A DNA stretch of 63,927 nt, filler included, from Stramenopiles sp. TOSAG23-6 (taxonomy: Eukaryota): NCBI GenBank assembly GCA_900128565.1. It is 10 parts of 10 records of this genome, joined end to end, with 100 filler letters (N's around TTAATTAATTAA, not from the genome) between each part and the next. Parts side by side here need not be neighbours in the genome. Positions count along the whole stretch, not along the records: positions 22,722 to 33,946 come from LT636275.1; positions 34,047 to 45,251 come from LT636276.1; 8 more parts are not named here. One strand, given 5' to 3'. The notes beneath the pieces were generated by a model. It searched no databases. It saw only the letters and a list, made by a program, of their open reading frames with translations, and was not told the origin of the DNA. The position numbers were made by a program, and so were the translations under genes. This document shows, in pieces, positions 22,787 to 36,251 of the stretch (position 1 is its first letter; every line of letters starts with the position of its first letter).

Positions 22787-23994
22787 ATAAAAGAATAATA
22801 GACTTTTTTGGAATCAAAAAATTCGATGTCACACCTTTTGCTACAAAAGATTATATGAAAAAAAAAGGAAAATGCCGGAAATCACGTTTAAACTTTCAAT
22901 TGCATGTATGTTGTATTTGTTTTGAATTTCGAATTTGTTTTTTTTTTGGTTCGAAATTTCGTACCTAATGAGTTTTTTTTTTAAATATTTTTTCACAATA
23001 AATACACCATCACAAAATTTTGACACACGCATCGAAGAATTAGCTTCCATAGCTTCTGCTATGCAAATTAAAGGCATGAAATATTGCGGCAAATTGTCGT
23101 ATGCAAATGAGGTTGCTCGAAATTGTAATATCGCTAGTCTCGAAAACATCCAAAAATTATCAAGCGTAAATTTGACTACTGTCGATATTTTTGATAAAAT
23201 GCTTACTGAAGGTTTGTTTCCGCCCATTAAAGTTCAGTATCATTCACAGTATGGATTCGTCATGTAGGTTTTTTTTCGTACGAAATTTTGTACCTAACAT
23301 TTTTTTTTCATTCTACATTTTTATCATGAATTTCAATTTTTATTTTTAGTATTTCATCTTATCAAATGTAAAACATATTACCCCAAAATACATGGTCTCT
23401 AATGGTAAAATTAAGGATAGGACTTTAATATGTGAGTATATTGGTAGTGTAGAATTTCTTGAGGAAACTGTACGTTTTCATTATGAATTTTAAATTTATT
23501 CAGTTTTTTTTTCGTACGAAATTTTGTACCTAACAAATTTTACCAAAAAACAAATTTCACAATATATGACCACACAGACAGCGATTCTCTAATGGAACTT
23601 CTTCATAGTGGTCATACGGATACTTCGTTAATTGTCACGCCAAACAAAATAGGAAATTATGCGAGATTCATCCAGGGGATCAATAATAGTGATGTAAATT
23701 CGGTCAGACGTCAAAACGTTCGATCTGGCCGTTTTTGTATCAATGTACGTTGATAAATTTCACTATTTGTTTTTGTTTTTTTGTTTAGGTACGGAATTTC
23801 GTACAAAAAAAAAACAGGAAAAAAAATCATATGATTTTGTACCTAATACAAAAAAGATTTTTTTCTATTTTTTCACAAGATATGGCGAAAGTCGTGTATT
23901 TTTGTTTGCTGTACGAACAATAAAAAAAGGGGAGCTATTGTACTACGACTATAATGCTCATAGTAATAAATATCCTACTGAACACTTTACATAA
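22787..23994 (+). CDS. ATXR5/ATXR6-like SET-domain histone methyltransferase (5' partial); exons 22787-22905, 23004-23263, 23394-23469, 23568-23744, 23884-23994
   Basis: Spliced product has PIP-like KRIIDFF, TPSQNFDTRIEELASIASAM, GFVMVSNGKIKDRTLICEYIG, GNYARFIQGINN, INGESRVFLFA...GELLYYDYN...YPTEHF, collinear with plant ATXR5/6 as I recall them. Confidence 0.88.
22906..23003 (+). mobile_element. GT-AT intron (98 nt)
   Basis: CAT|GTATGT...TTCGTACCTAAT...CACAATAAAT|ACA. Confidence 0.85.
23264..23393 (+). mobile_element. GT-AT intron (130 nt)
   Basis: GTCAT|GTAGGT...TTCGTACGAAATTTTGTACCTAAC...AAAATACAT|GGTC; gives an ungapped SET-domain segment. Confidence 0.88.
23470..23567 (+). mobile_element. 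GT-AT intron (98 nt)
   Basis: ACT|GTACGT...TTCGTACGAAATTTTGTACCTAAC...CACAATATAT|GAC. Confidence 0.88.
23745..23883 (+). mobile_element. GT-AT intron (139 nt) containing an inverted core copy
   Basis: AAT|GTACGT...CACAAGATAT|GGC restores IN-GESRV; the AG 4 nt upstream would frameshift. Confidence 0.9.
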
Positions 23995-24210
23995 GTCAAT
24001 ACTGTTAATATGAAGTCTTCCTCTCATCATCCCAAAATCGTTAGCACAAAATTTGCTATGAAAAAAAATCAAATTTTGCAGATTTTTTTCTACAAATAAA
24101 ATTTATATTTTGAATATTATATATTTACATAGTTTATTTTTGATCATACAAGAATGTGTATGTATAAAACTAGTTTTCTTTGCGGAAATGCCTAACAAAA
24201 CCCTAACAAA

Positions 24211-24654
24211 CTAGTACATGGTCACACCTACACCTTGACCAAAGCTTGCTGTGCTTGCCCTTGCCTCGGCACGAACATCATTTTGACATGCAAGAATTAA
24301 GTATAGACCACTATCAATCAGTAGAACTGTGTGTAATACCATTAAAAAGTAGTTGCTTTGAATATAAGNGTACACATAAAGTCCTCCGATAGAAAAGGAA
24401 AAGTATAAAATAGCCCTCAGAAGATTGCTGGCAAAGACTCTAGCTATTCCTTTCTCTTCACCTGTAGTTGGTCGACAAAGGTAAGCACTTTCAAAAAGCA
24501 TACAGACAAAAGCTACGACAAGAGAGTATGTTGCATATGTTGGTGTAACCGAATAATAAGCTACACTAAATAATAGTAGTCCTAAAGTAACCATCCAAGC
24601 AATGAAGCGTGTCAGAGTATCGAATTCGCATTCGCAGCCTTTTCCTTTGCTCAT
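24211..24654 (-). CDS. small multi-pass membrane protein (possibly Golgi/COPI-associated type)
   Basis: 147 aa with about 4 hydrophobic segments; LLRAILY motif. Confidence 0.6.
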   Translation of the reverse strand: MSKGKGCECEFDTLTRFIAWMVTLGLLLFSVAYYSVTPTYATYSLVVAFVCMLFESAYLCRPTTGEEKGIARVFASNLLRAILYFSFSIGGLYVYXYIQSNYFLMVLHTVLLIDSGLYLILACQNDVRAEARASTASFGQGVGVTMY

Positions 24655-25050
24655 TTTTCGATATATCCTATAATATAATGGATTTAAAATATATACTTTA
24701 AATTGTATCAGAGGGCTACGATTAGAAAAAGGAAATCCTACAAATTATAAATGGATTAACTCACTCAATTCTTTTGAGAGATCAATATGGGGAGAAGAAG
24801 AAGAGTCTCGAGAGAGAGAGACTCAATTTGAAAAAATTTGAAAATTGAAAAAAATTCTTCGATGACGGTGAAACATGTCTGTCCATCGACATTCGTTCGA
24901 TTAGGGTTAGGGTTTGGCCATTCGTATCCTGAAAAGTGAAAACATCAGAAGATTATACATTACGATTACACGCACCTTGTGCAAGGTGACTACACAACAA
25001 CTTTGAAGGCGATACAACAACAAGCATTAATAGAATTATTTAGTAGGCAA

Positions 25051-27150
25051 ATGGCTGGACGTGGTAAAGGAAAGGGTGGTAACAAAGGTAACAAAGCTTC
25101 TAACACTCGAAAGCAAAAGCAAAAGCAGAAGCGTGGTAGTCAAGGAACAGGTGTGCAGCATGAACCTCCCTCTAAACGCGCCAAGAAAAATTCTCATGCC
25201 AACCAAGTTTCACGTGCAAAAGAAATTGCTCGAGCAAAGCAAGCGGAACGAGTGATGAAAGCAAGGGAGCAATTAAAATCCAAAAATAATAAATCCAAGA
25301 CACCGGGCAAAACTCCAGGTAGGCAGATATCTCAGAAAAAACGGATTTTGGAAATGAAACGTCAGCTAAATGTGTATTGTAAAGTTCAAAAGCCACCTAT
25401 TGTTCATACTTTATCGTATGACAACTCAAAGTCTACTGATACTCAACATATTTATAAATTAGTTGTTGGTAAAGCAACATTTCGGGGTGCTGGGCCTACA
25501 AAAAAACTTGCTCAGCTCCGAGTATATTCAATTGCGTATCAGAAACTAAAATTGAATAAGCGAAAGTCACAACCTAAAAGTCCAATTGAACCTCTGCATA
25601 AAAAGCATACTAATCCAATTGAACCTCACCATAAAAAACAATCCCCATTACAAATAGAAAAGAAAAAAGATGGTGAGGCAGCAAAAATAAACAAAACTAC
25701 AAAAACTGCAAATATGGCTCGAGTGTGTCAAAAAAAGGTACCCTCTCATAAACCAATTTCAAAAAATACTCCTTCAAATAAGAATGAAAAAAAGCTTCCT
25801 TGTGTGAAAATGTCAAAAATTAAGACAGTCAAGGAGATAGTTGCACCCAAACCAATAACATCTTTACAACCTAGTGTAACTGTTCAAACACAGTTTAATC
25901 AATCTCCTTCAAACGAAAATGCGAAAAAAATGTCTGAGCCTAAATTGTCATCTAAAATATTTTCTTCGGACAATAGTAAGAAAAATATATATAACCCTAA
26001 CCCTACTGCAGACATTTCCCCAAATATTTCCTCACCTGATTCTATGTCTTTAGTGGAAGAAAGTGATACTTTGGAGAAGAAAAAAACAAATGTTAATATA
26101 ACAACAGAAAGTGATACTTTTAATAAAATGAAAAATATTGATCAATTGGATGTTAATATAGCAACAGAAAGTGATACTTTTAATAAAATGAAAAATATTG
26201 ATCAATTGGACAAAGTTTCAATTCAACTCAAAAATGTAAAGTCGACTGGAACAAATGTGACATCACAAGAAAAGCATTCTTCTGTTACAGTTAACAATAA
26301 GTTATTAGCTGAAAAAATGATTACCAATTCTCACTTAGATGACACGAAAAAGAACGTTTTTGAAACACAAAATAATCCTAGAATAACTAAAATTGCCCCA
26401 ATAAGTGACACGAAATCATCCCTAGATACAAAAAATGATAGAATATCAGTCAATCTTTCGATTAATTTACAAAAGGATGAAAATGCATCCGACAACGACA
26501 TTGTAAAAATATCAAAATTGAAAGGAAAGAAAAGAAAAAATGCATCCGACAACGACATTATAAAAATATCGAAATTGAAAGGAAAGAAAAGAAAAAATGC
26601 ATCCGACAACGACATTGTAAAAATATCGAAATTGAAAGGAAAGAAAAGAAAATCTTTGTCGAAAAGGGAAACTCTCAGTGCTCCGATTTTAGCTTGGGGT
26701 GCATCTTTTGGTACCTCCACTTCCATTTCATCTGTGACCTCATCATCAACGACACAATTATCGAATAGTGTTGGAGTTGACCCACTCAATTGTTGGTATC
26801 TTTCCGGAGGTCCACCATTATTTGGTTCTCGCCAATCAAGAAATCTTCATGTGCCTAAAGTAAAAGGTAATTCTAGTCGCGTCTCTATTCCACCTGAAGA
26901 TTCCACCACTGAAGAAAGCGATACAGTCAACGATATTACGTGTAATCCTTTATCATCATCAAATAATATACAAAATTATACTCTAGGGTTTGCCCCAGAA
27001 AAATCACCAAGGTCATCTACAAAACAGAAGTTTAGTGAATTACTGAGACAACTTGAAAAAGAAAGAAAGGAGACAATGATATTTTCAAAGAAGCTTCTCA
27101 ATAATCTCCTCGGTGGGGGTGTTTGTAGTAGCACTGATTCAGAATTATAG
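25051..27150 (+). CDS. basic low-complexity protein with one putative dsRNA-binding motif
   Basis: KRQLNVYC...YKLVVGKATFRGAGPTKKLAQ fits a dsRBM; internal 60-bp x2 and 57-bp x3 tandem repeats. Confidence 0.6.
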   Translation: MAGRGKGKGGNKGNKASNTRKQKQKQKRGSQGTGVQHEPPSKRAKKNSHANQVSRAKEIARAKQAERVMKAREQLKSKNNKSKTPGKTPGRQISQKKRILEMKRQLNVYCKVQKPPIVHTLSYDNSKSTDTQHIYKLVVGKATFRGAGPTKKLAQLRVYSIAYQKLKLNKRKSQPKSPIEPLHKKHTNPIEPHHKKQSPLQIEKKKDGEAAKINKTTKTANMARVCQKKVPSHKPISKNTPSNKNEKKLPCVKMSKIKTVKEIVAPKPITSLQPSVTVQTQFNQSPSNENAKKMSEPKLSSKIFSSDNSKKNIYNPNPTADISPNISSPDSMSLVEESDTLEKKKTNVNITTESDTFNKMKNIDQLDVNIATESDTFNKMKNIDQLDKVSIQLKNVKSTGTNVTSQEKHSSVTVNNKLLAEKMITNSHLDDTKKNVFETQNNPRITKIAPISDTKSSLDTKNDRISVNLSINLQKDENASDNDIVKISKLKGKKRKNASDNDIIKISKLKGKKRKNASDNDIVKISKLKGKKRKSLSKRETLSAPILAWGASFGTSTSISSVTSSSTTQLSNSVGVDPLNCWYLSGGPPLFGSRQSRNLHVPKVKGNSSRVSIPPEDSTTEESDTVNDITCNPLSSSNNIQNYTLGFAPEKSPRSSTKQKFSELLRQLEKERKETMIFSKKLLNNLLGGGVCSSTDSEL

Positions 27151-27282
27151 AAATAAAGATGTATTTGTATGAAATTTTCTGTAATTTTGATAGAATTGAG
27201 AATACTACTTTATTCACTTGCTATTTTTATTACATTTAGTATAAATAATATTAATAAATTATAGATTGCTTTTGTGTTTGTA

Positions 27283-30200
27283 TTATTTTCTAAGACGTGG
27301 TCCGAATTTCTTTCTTCGTTGAACTTCATTGCTCTTCAGTACATCTATATTACTATAGTGTTTAATCAACCATATTCCNACTTCTTCTTCTTTTGTTATG
27401 AATGAACCGTATTCATCTTTTATTGATATCAATTCATTTGTTTTGATATCGCGGAAAAAATACGTCGGAATCTTTCTACTCAACGCCTTTTGGCATTGTG
27501 AAAAGTACAAAGAAGACAGTTGCCACAACTTACTCTGACAGAAATTTTTGTCTCCTTGAAAAATTGGAATAATTCCAAAATTGCGTTCATTTTGCTTTAT
27601 TACGTCCTCACAGAAGATAGATGATGCTATATTATTAGCTTCAATACACTTATCCTTGCATCCGATAATAACAAGCATGTCGCCGAGTAATTTTTCTTCA
27701 GAGGAGTGAATCATTTTTGAAGTGCTTCCTTGAATAATTGTCCCATTAATGCCGTCGTTGGCATATGAGAAGATAGGATACTTTGCAGACTTTTGATTAC
27801 CAGCAGTAATTTCGATATCAACGCAAAGTTTTTCGCTATCAACTTCTGGAATTCGACAATATAATTTTGAATCCGAATTTGATTCATTGCGTTTGTTTTC
27901 CTTTTCGTCAAATTGACATATATTGCCTCCGATTTTTATCTCGGTAATATTATTTTGACCCATTGGACCAAAATTCGCACCTATTATGGTAAGTAAATCG
28001 CCGCCGTGTTTTTCACTAACATTTGGCGAAACTCTTTGAATGATAGGTCCATAGAAGCTTACACTTTTGTTAGTAGAAGGAACCGAAGATTGGCCATCCA
28101 CTGTTACTACTACTGGATTGTTCGCCCCTAAACCATATCCAACCAGACAACGCAGAAAATATTCTTTTTCTCCAGATTTGGTAGAACTGTTATCAAATGA
28201 AATATTAGTGCAAGGATACTTACCAATATTGATTTCGACTTTTGCTACACCTGGATTCCTTGGCACATTATCGGCATGAATACTTACCCACATGTCACCT
28301 CCCGAGGAAATGTTTGGCGAAACATTTTTCAAAATTGGTGCGTCATAACTGATTGCATTTTCTTTGTGGGCTACTTGACCATGCACGTACACCGTGACAG
28401 TTTTATTGGCACCAAAAGCATATGGGGGTTTACAAGTAATAAAGTTGTCACCTCCCCAGAGTGGATTTGTACAAATCTTATCCCCAATAAGAACTTTGAG
28501 TACACTTGTTTGTGTACCAAAGTTCCCATTAATTGAAATTCGTTTCTGGTGATTTTTATGTTCAGTCGGTAAGGATTTTCCTCCATGATAAACTACAGAT
28601 ATTATTTCTGCAGTCGACTTGTAACTAAATGTATCTACAGGTATGGATGCTTGACCTGCAACCACTGCAATAACACGCTTGTTTGATCCTAGACCATTAG
28701 GTACCACACAATTAATCTGGAAATTACTTACCCATGTCGACATTGAACAAGGCTTTCCATCAATAATTACCATTGGATTCGTATCTTTCATGCCAAAGTT
28801 GTGTCCTTTTATTGCAACGACTTCATTCGAGGCAGCCATAATTTTGGATTTTGACACAACCGGAGCAAAATAAGAAAACACAGCATCGTCATTAAGCTTT
28901 GACCAATTTCCTTCTTTATTAGTGTGAATTCGAATGTGTCTATTCTTGCCAACTCCTGGTGGGGTTAAACAAGTGATAACATTCTTTGATATTGGCTGAA
29001 CATTTGTACATGGTTCATTATTAATTATAACGGATGCGTCCCACATGTTACCGTCGAAAGTTATTGGGCCAAACTGAAAACCATAAATAATAAGTAAGTC
29101 TCCGCCTGTACAATTACCTATTGGAGTTTTAACTTTCGGAATAACTCTATTCTGCATCTTCACTCCAGACGTACTCCAAGAAGAAACATGTTTTTTAATG
29201 AGAGCATTACATTTTGTTTTATCATGGTGAAGGACGGCGTTGTGATCTTTCATAGTATCGACACATACTCCTATTTCTGTGACATCGATTCCATTTACAG
29301 TACACAATGTCAATCCTGGCTTTTCCGTCCAAACACCAACAACACCGTTATGTTTCTGTGAACATTTGAAGTTGTCATATCTTTGATCATACCACCTGAA
29401 ACGTGATATTTCAATAAAGGCTACACGATTGTTTTCATATTCTATAAATGTACTCAGGCGTCCTCCGCCATTCTTGATCTCAAGTATAGCAGGAACATCT
29501 GAACCTCCACCACTTGGTGGGAAACACGAAAACTTATAACGAGATGTCCATGCCATTTCTGTACACGCTTTTCCTCCAATAGTAAATTGAAGTTGTTGTA
29601 ACTCTTTCATTGTCAAACCAGCATTTGAAATAGTCGCACTTATGCGACTTCCGACATGAATCGGATTTGGTAATACTGTGAGCTTTGCATTTTTTGAAAA
29701 AGTATAACTAAAAGTTGCACTTGTCCATTCATTAGAAATTCTGAGCGTGATATACCCTTTCGTACCTTTAGCATCTGATTGGGGAATAATGCAACTTACT
29801 TGTTTATTTGATATCCAGGTAATATTTGTGCATTCGATAAATTTACCAACCCACTTAGCTTTTGAATCATCATTCATTTCGTCATATCCCTTCCCAATTA
29901 ATATACTTTTTGAAAGTTCTCCTGTCCTAAAACCATTTCCTGTAATAAGAATAGTATCACCTTCCGAAACTTGAAAAGGTGTAATTTTTGTTATAACTGG
30001 CCTGTCATATTTAATTTTCACATTACTTTTCTGGAGGGAAGTTTTTGATTCAACTGTTACTACAATAGTCGCAATTTTATCGTGTTTAGCCTTTGGAGGG
30101 ACTGTACAGCGTAATAATGCTGATGATATCACTTTAGGGGAAAGACATAGATTTGAACCAACCCGCGCAGATAATGATGCACCTGCTTCCTGATTAAATT

Positions 30201-33200
30201 GATTTTTAAAATTCAATCCGTGAATGCTAATCTCTTCACCTGGATATACAATTGTCGGTTCAACACTATTAACTATTGGTATTTTGAAAGATATTTTTGC
30301 ATCTCCTTCAGATTGAATATTGTCGATACGTATAGTCAGTGGATAAGGACCAGTACCTGTCATCTTGGGAATAACACATCGTACTAAAGTATTTGTTTTC
30401 CATTCTGTTCGAATACACGGAGTATCACCAACAAAGACATTCCTTGATTTCTGAAAATTATACAAAAAGTTTTTTCCGGTCACTTCAATCATTTCACCAG
30501 TGAAAACATTTGATGAAGAAACACCACTTATGAAGAGAATACCACGTTTCAGAAAAATTGTAGAATTACGAGAACTTGAACCTTCAACTTCTACTCTAAT
30601 GTTTAAATCTTCATTAAATCCAATTTCAGGAATTCTACAACTAATAACCTCGCTCGAAATTATTTTTGCTTGTAAGCATCTGTGAGCACCAATATACACG
30701 GTACATCCAAGTTTGTTTGATCCAAAATGAGAACCTTTAATAATTATCGTGTCATTTACATAAACTGTTTTTGGGCTCACACTAAGTAAACGAGGATAGT
30801 CTCTTGTAATGCTTTCTACTTTGCCAAAAGCGTCATGTCCACCTAAATTTACCGCAACTGAAGCTTTGTCTACAGAAGAGAATATCGGGGGTACAATACA
30901 GTGAATCTCTCTAGCACCAGAGGAAATATTGGGCACTACTTTGGCTTCCAAGCATGAAACATTATTGATTAAAACTTTTGGAGATAATTTTGGATTTGAG
31001 CTAAAATTTTCGCCCCTAATTGTGATTTGCTCATACGAATAGGTCTTAGTTGGATGTACACTGGTGAGGTATGGACGCATTGTAGTCATTATTATATCAC
31101 TCGTAGTTTTCATTCCATCGACAACAATTGTAACAGATACTAAGTCGCCCAAAACATAATTAGGTGGTATCAGACATGTTACCTTTGTATCAGAAATCCA
31201 ATCAGTATGCTGACATGATATATTATCAACTAAAACATCTTTTTGTTTTATGTCAACTTTCGAACCAAAATTACTCCCCGTTATTATAATTGTATCATTT
31301 AGATGTAAAATCCTTGGCTGAATTTCATCAATAATAGGAGGTGTGTCTGAAATACCTATAACTGTTTGCTTTGTGGTTACATTGTGATGTTGTTTTACTA
31401 TTGTCAAATTCTTCTGGTTTTTCGGGAAGACGGACGATACATCGGAAATATTAAAATGTTTACTATCTTTTAAAAGAAATCTGAAAGATTGTGCTGAATT
31501 ATTTCCATTCTTTTCAATAGAGACGCTACTATTTTCAGTCGAGTTCATACTTTTCGTCTTATTTGTATTTTCAGAAACATTCAAAGATGAGCCCATACGT
31601 TTTAAATATTTTTCAGGATTCTGCATCACAATTTTTATATCCATTTGCTTTCCAGGTTCACATGAAGGTATTTTGATTTTGAGGAAGGATGGTGTAACAC
31701 AAATTGATTCAACTTCTTTTCCGTCAAAATACACTATTTGTAATTCTTTTCGCTTGGATGATTTCGTTTCTGTAGTATCTTTTTGCGATGTGTTAATCTC
31801 AGAGAGATATCCGCGGAAGCGTTGATTTTGACTTTCACTATCTGCTTGAGTTTTGATATCTTTATCTTTTATGATTTTGTCAATTCCAAAAGAAGAGCCT
31901 AGTGACATCAAGTTTGAGATAAATCCGTTAATTCCATTAGATTTTTGTTTCGATCGACTTTTATCTCGTCTCCTATGCAACATAGTAGATGTTTCAACAA
32001 AAACAGGAAATGGTGATTGATTCATTCCCCCGTACTGCTGCATTCCTTCAACAGGAAATGGTGGTTGATTTATTCCCCCGAACTGCTGCATTCCTTCACT
32101 ATTTCTTTTGAAATCTTCTACTCCTTGTTTTAATGTACGAATTGCATTTTTCACGATCTTTTCATGTAAAATTATGTCGTTTTGAACATTCTTCGTAATG
32201 AGAGATTTTTCTGCATCTTCACTATGTCTATAAAATCTTTTAGCCGCCTCCAGTTTTGTCTTCGCCTGTGTCTCAACTCTGTCCATCATGGTGTTCCATA
32301 AGATGAAAGAATTTTCATTCTCAAGCGTAAAATTAGCCACGATTGATTTGCGGTCGAATGCATGATTGTGCGATTTTTCTTCGTCTAACTCTTCCTGAGC
32401 ATTCTTCATAATTATTTCTTCTACTTTTTTATAATTGTATTCTTTCGGAAATCTCCATGCCTGTTCTTTCCGAGTTTTTTCAGCGATTAAACCTTTCCAT
32501 AATTTGAATACGTCTTCATAGTTCTCCAACAGCATATTATTATCAATATCTCTATTGTGTTGCAATTGCAACATTTCATTCCAAACATCTGTGTTATTGA
32601 AAGTTTTTCTAACTTGTTCTTGAAGATGCTGATTAATATGTAAGGACATTATCAAACTATTGAAAGTTATACAAAGATTTTTGCCTTTTATACTCATCCA
32701 TGTAGGTTCCTTATCACATTTTTGATTTACACTGGTCACAATTTCATTACCATAACTAAACATTGCTTTTGCACTCTTTTCAGATTGAGCTCCTCCACTA
32801 ACTGTCACAGAAACAGTTTTATCACGCCCAAAACCTACAGGAACAGCACACTGTATCAGGTTGTTTGTTGTAATAGAAGCAAACTTACACTCTTTCCCCC
32901 CAACAGTCACATATACAGGTCTATCTGGGGGACCAAAGTTTTTGCCTATAATTTTGATTACACATTGCTCATCATAATCACAAACGTTTGGTTTAATCTC
33001 TTCAATGACTGGTTCATTATATGAAAACAATGCGTTACTCATTACGATAGTTTCATTCGTTTTAAAATGAAAAGGTAGATTTTTTCCTGTACCAGGAGGC
33101 ATGATGCATTCTAGGGTGGTTTCATTTAATTGTCTAAATGGATTACACATATCTTTACCAAAGCTTCCCTGTACTTTATTTTCTACAATGAGTTTTTGTA

Positions 33201-33946
33201 AGTTAAAAGGGCCACCATGAATGAAAACATGATAACGGCATTTGTCACACCTCTTTTGTTTTGTAGTAAATGCTTGAAAATTTCCGATTGGATCCATGAA
33301 AGTAAATGGCTTTCTATTTTTAGATTGTAGATTTCCAGCAATTACATTAACGTCCTTTGTAATATTACGACTATTTTTTGATTCTTGTTCTTTTGCTAAT
33401 ATTTTAGATGAAAGAACGGATGTAGCAGCGTTTAAGTGCATTTGTGAAAGATGAGATTTCTTACTTCTAAATCGAAAATTGGCTGCAGTTGAATTAAACT
33501 TCACGAGCTTATCTTCTCTTCTTTGTAATGCTGGAACTATACAATGAATAGTATCTAAAATTAAAGTACTGTTTCTACAAACTTCATCGCCAACCATGAC
33601 TTTTAATAATTCGCCTCTTGTGCCAAGAAATTTACCTTTAATAGAAACTTCGGTGTTGATAATATCTATGCCGTGATTTGGAGATACGTTTAAAATTTCG
33701 GGTTGTTTATATTCATAGAAAATTGTTGATAGACTCTGACGAAGTATTTTATGACTTGCTACAAATACAGGATGTTTACCTAATCTACCAAAATTATTCG
33801 TTGGAATGTTACATTCTATATGATTGTCATCAATTGTAATTGGATCAGTACAGACCCTATCACCAATATAAACTTTAGAGTATACATGTGTACTATTTGT
33901 AGCTCCAAAATACTTTCCAACCACAGTCAATTTTGCTGGAGGGGTT
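27283..33946 (-). CDS. giant IPT/TIG-repeat protein (5' partial, >2200 aa)
   Basis: Many P.I..V.P...I.I.G.NFG...V.IG...C......I.C..P units. Confidence 0.85.
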
Positions 33947-34503
33947 NNNNNNNNNNNNNNNNNNNNNNNNNNNNNNNNNNNNNNNNNNNNTTAATTAATT
34001 AANNNNNNNNNNNNNNNNNNNNNNNNNNNNNNNNNNNNNNNNNNNNTTAGATCATCTAGCCCAAATTCCTGGAGATTTGTGAGGTTTTCGATCCATATAT
34101 TCAATGTATCACGTACTATATGCTTATATAAATATCATGACTTTTCATTTCTCATTTAGTATACAAATCATTATATGGTTTAACAAGGAGAGCGAAAGTA
34201 CTACCTATTGTGTGTTTGTGGGGATTAATTACTATAGTACTACGATATAAAAATATAAAAATATGGATATTTCAACTGACGTCGTCAGTTACATTTTTTG
34301 GAGCGATGTTTTGCAATTTCTCAGATTATATGGAAAATTCAAAATTGAATAATACGTTACGGTTGGTGGTCAAATTTGCTATCACAACTTCAATATTATT
34401 CAATTGTGTCATACTTTTGTGTGGATAACAAATAATAGCCACAAAAAAAACTTATCATTCATCTGTGTTTCCTTTTCACTACCCTTTTTGTATTCATTGT
34501 ATA

Positions 34504-35131
34504 ATGAAACTTTTCGTTCTCACGACCCTCGCACTTGTCAGCAAAGCATCTGCAAAGAATGGGCTTTTTATGAATATTGTAGGAGACGATATCCACCGTG
34601 TCTCGCAAGAGTTTCGTCCAAACCACTCAAATGATTTTGTCCGACCTCATGTCACGGAAGTTTCACTCTCTTTCCCTAAAGTTCCAGGTACAGCTTGGAA
34701 TAATGCTGTATGTGTTTCTGAATTAGCTCTTCAGAGTGGATATGCTCCTCTTAAAAACATTGCTAAAGTCTGTGGTTGTGACTCAGTATTGAAGGATGTT
34801 TCGCCATTTTCGAGCTGTGGAATTAGTTACAACCCAATTGCTTGTAAACCAACTGCTTCCCCACCTTGCCGCGGAGCTCTAATAAATTGGAGTAAAAGTG
34901 TTAACAATGTATCAGCTTGTAAAACTACAGAAGTTGGAATCATGGCTGAAGCATTTTCAAAATCGTGTACGTTTTATGTACGAATATTTTTTCCAATATA
35001 ATTTTTTTTATGATTTATTTTTTTTGACAAATTTTGAAATTTTACATTGTTTTTACAAAACATGTTCAGTGCCTTCACGTACCGGTAGCTTTCGAAATGT
35101 ACCAAATTTGAATATACCAAGATATGTTTAA
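34504..35131 (+). CDS. small secreted Cys-rich protein; exons 34504-34966, 35064-35131
   Basis: Signal-peptide-like MKLFVLTTLALVSKASA; GT-AT intron 34967-35063. Confidence 0.65.
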
Positions 35132-35448
35132 TTTTAAAAAATGATAATGGTTTCAAATTCAGAGAAACTTTAGGGTAAAAAACAAAAAAAAAAAAAATGA
35201 ACAAATTGAAATTATCCTTTTTTGCTTTTTTCTTGATTTTTTGTTAGGTACAAAATTTGGTATGAATTTTGTTTTCATTACCTATCAAAACGATTCTGTA
35301 ATAAAGTTATTGTAATAATTTATCTGAAACTACTTTTTTTATATTTTTATCTTTTTTGAAGTTTTCATCTGTGCTAGATTTTTTTTTCTCAATTTCAAAA
35401 ATTTTTTTTCGCACGAAATTTTGTACCTAACAAAAAAAACTCAAGAAA

Positions 35449-35850
35449 TTAGTTTGCTTCATTATTTGATAAACTATCAATCAAGGACACTTGATCTAAT
35501 TCAACTCTCTGTAAAGAATCATATTGTACTTTATATCTTCGTAATTCATTTTGTTTTTCAAGAATGAGCGCTTTAATATTTGCTCTTTGTCTCTTCAATT
35601 CCGTTTTTGCACTTTCAGATCGGTTACGTTGGCCAATGGCTTTCAACTTCATTTTCTCGATTTTAGCCGCACTTGTATCGAGCATTTCTACTAAATTTTG
35701 TACTGTTTCATTAAAGTTACCCAACTTTGAGACAAATTCTGTACATTCCATCTCTAACTCTTTTGTTTGTTTGAATTTTTCCTGGTCCAAGACGCGAACT
35801 CGACAGTTATCGTCAAAAGAGATATTGATTTCGTTTTGTTGTTTGTACAT
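35449..35850 (-). CDS. IFT20: intraflagellar transport protein 20
   Basis: FDDNCRVRVLD...ECTEFVSK...IEKMKLKAIGQRN...ELRRY..QYDSL pattern. Confidence 0.92.
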   Translation of the reverse strand: MYKQQNEINISFDDNCRVRVLDQEKFKQTKELEMECTEFVSKLGNFNETVQNLVEMLDTSAAKIEKMKLKAIGQRNRSESAKTELKRQRANIKALILEKQNELRRYKVQYDSLQRVELDQVSLIDSLSNNEAN

Positions 35851-36251
35851 TTTATTTCTTGTAATGCACTATAGCTTTTGTTCTATAGCTTGTGTTCACC
35901 CACAGATTTCGATTTGAATAGAATAAAATCAGTATTGAAGACTTTTTTCTCTTTATACTCTCTTAATAGACGTAGTAACGATGTGTTATACTTGCCTACG
36001 TATATATATACTATACTATACTGCCAATACGAAATAACACTTGAGCCAACTACAATCTTGATAAGAAAGAAACCGCTATAATTTGGTCCGACGGTTAGAA
36101 AAAAAAATCGAAAAATAGTAGTCAGCTCCTTTTTCGAATTCTCTACATTTTCTTTGCGCCTATATAGCAATTGAAATTACGTAGCTAGTATCACCTAAAA
36201 GTCACTATATTACAAAATTGACGATTGATATTTATTCAATTTACATTGCCA

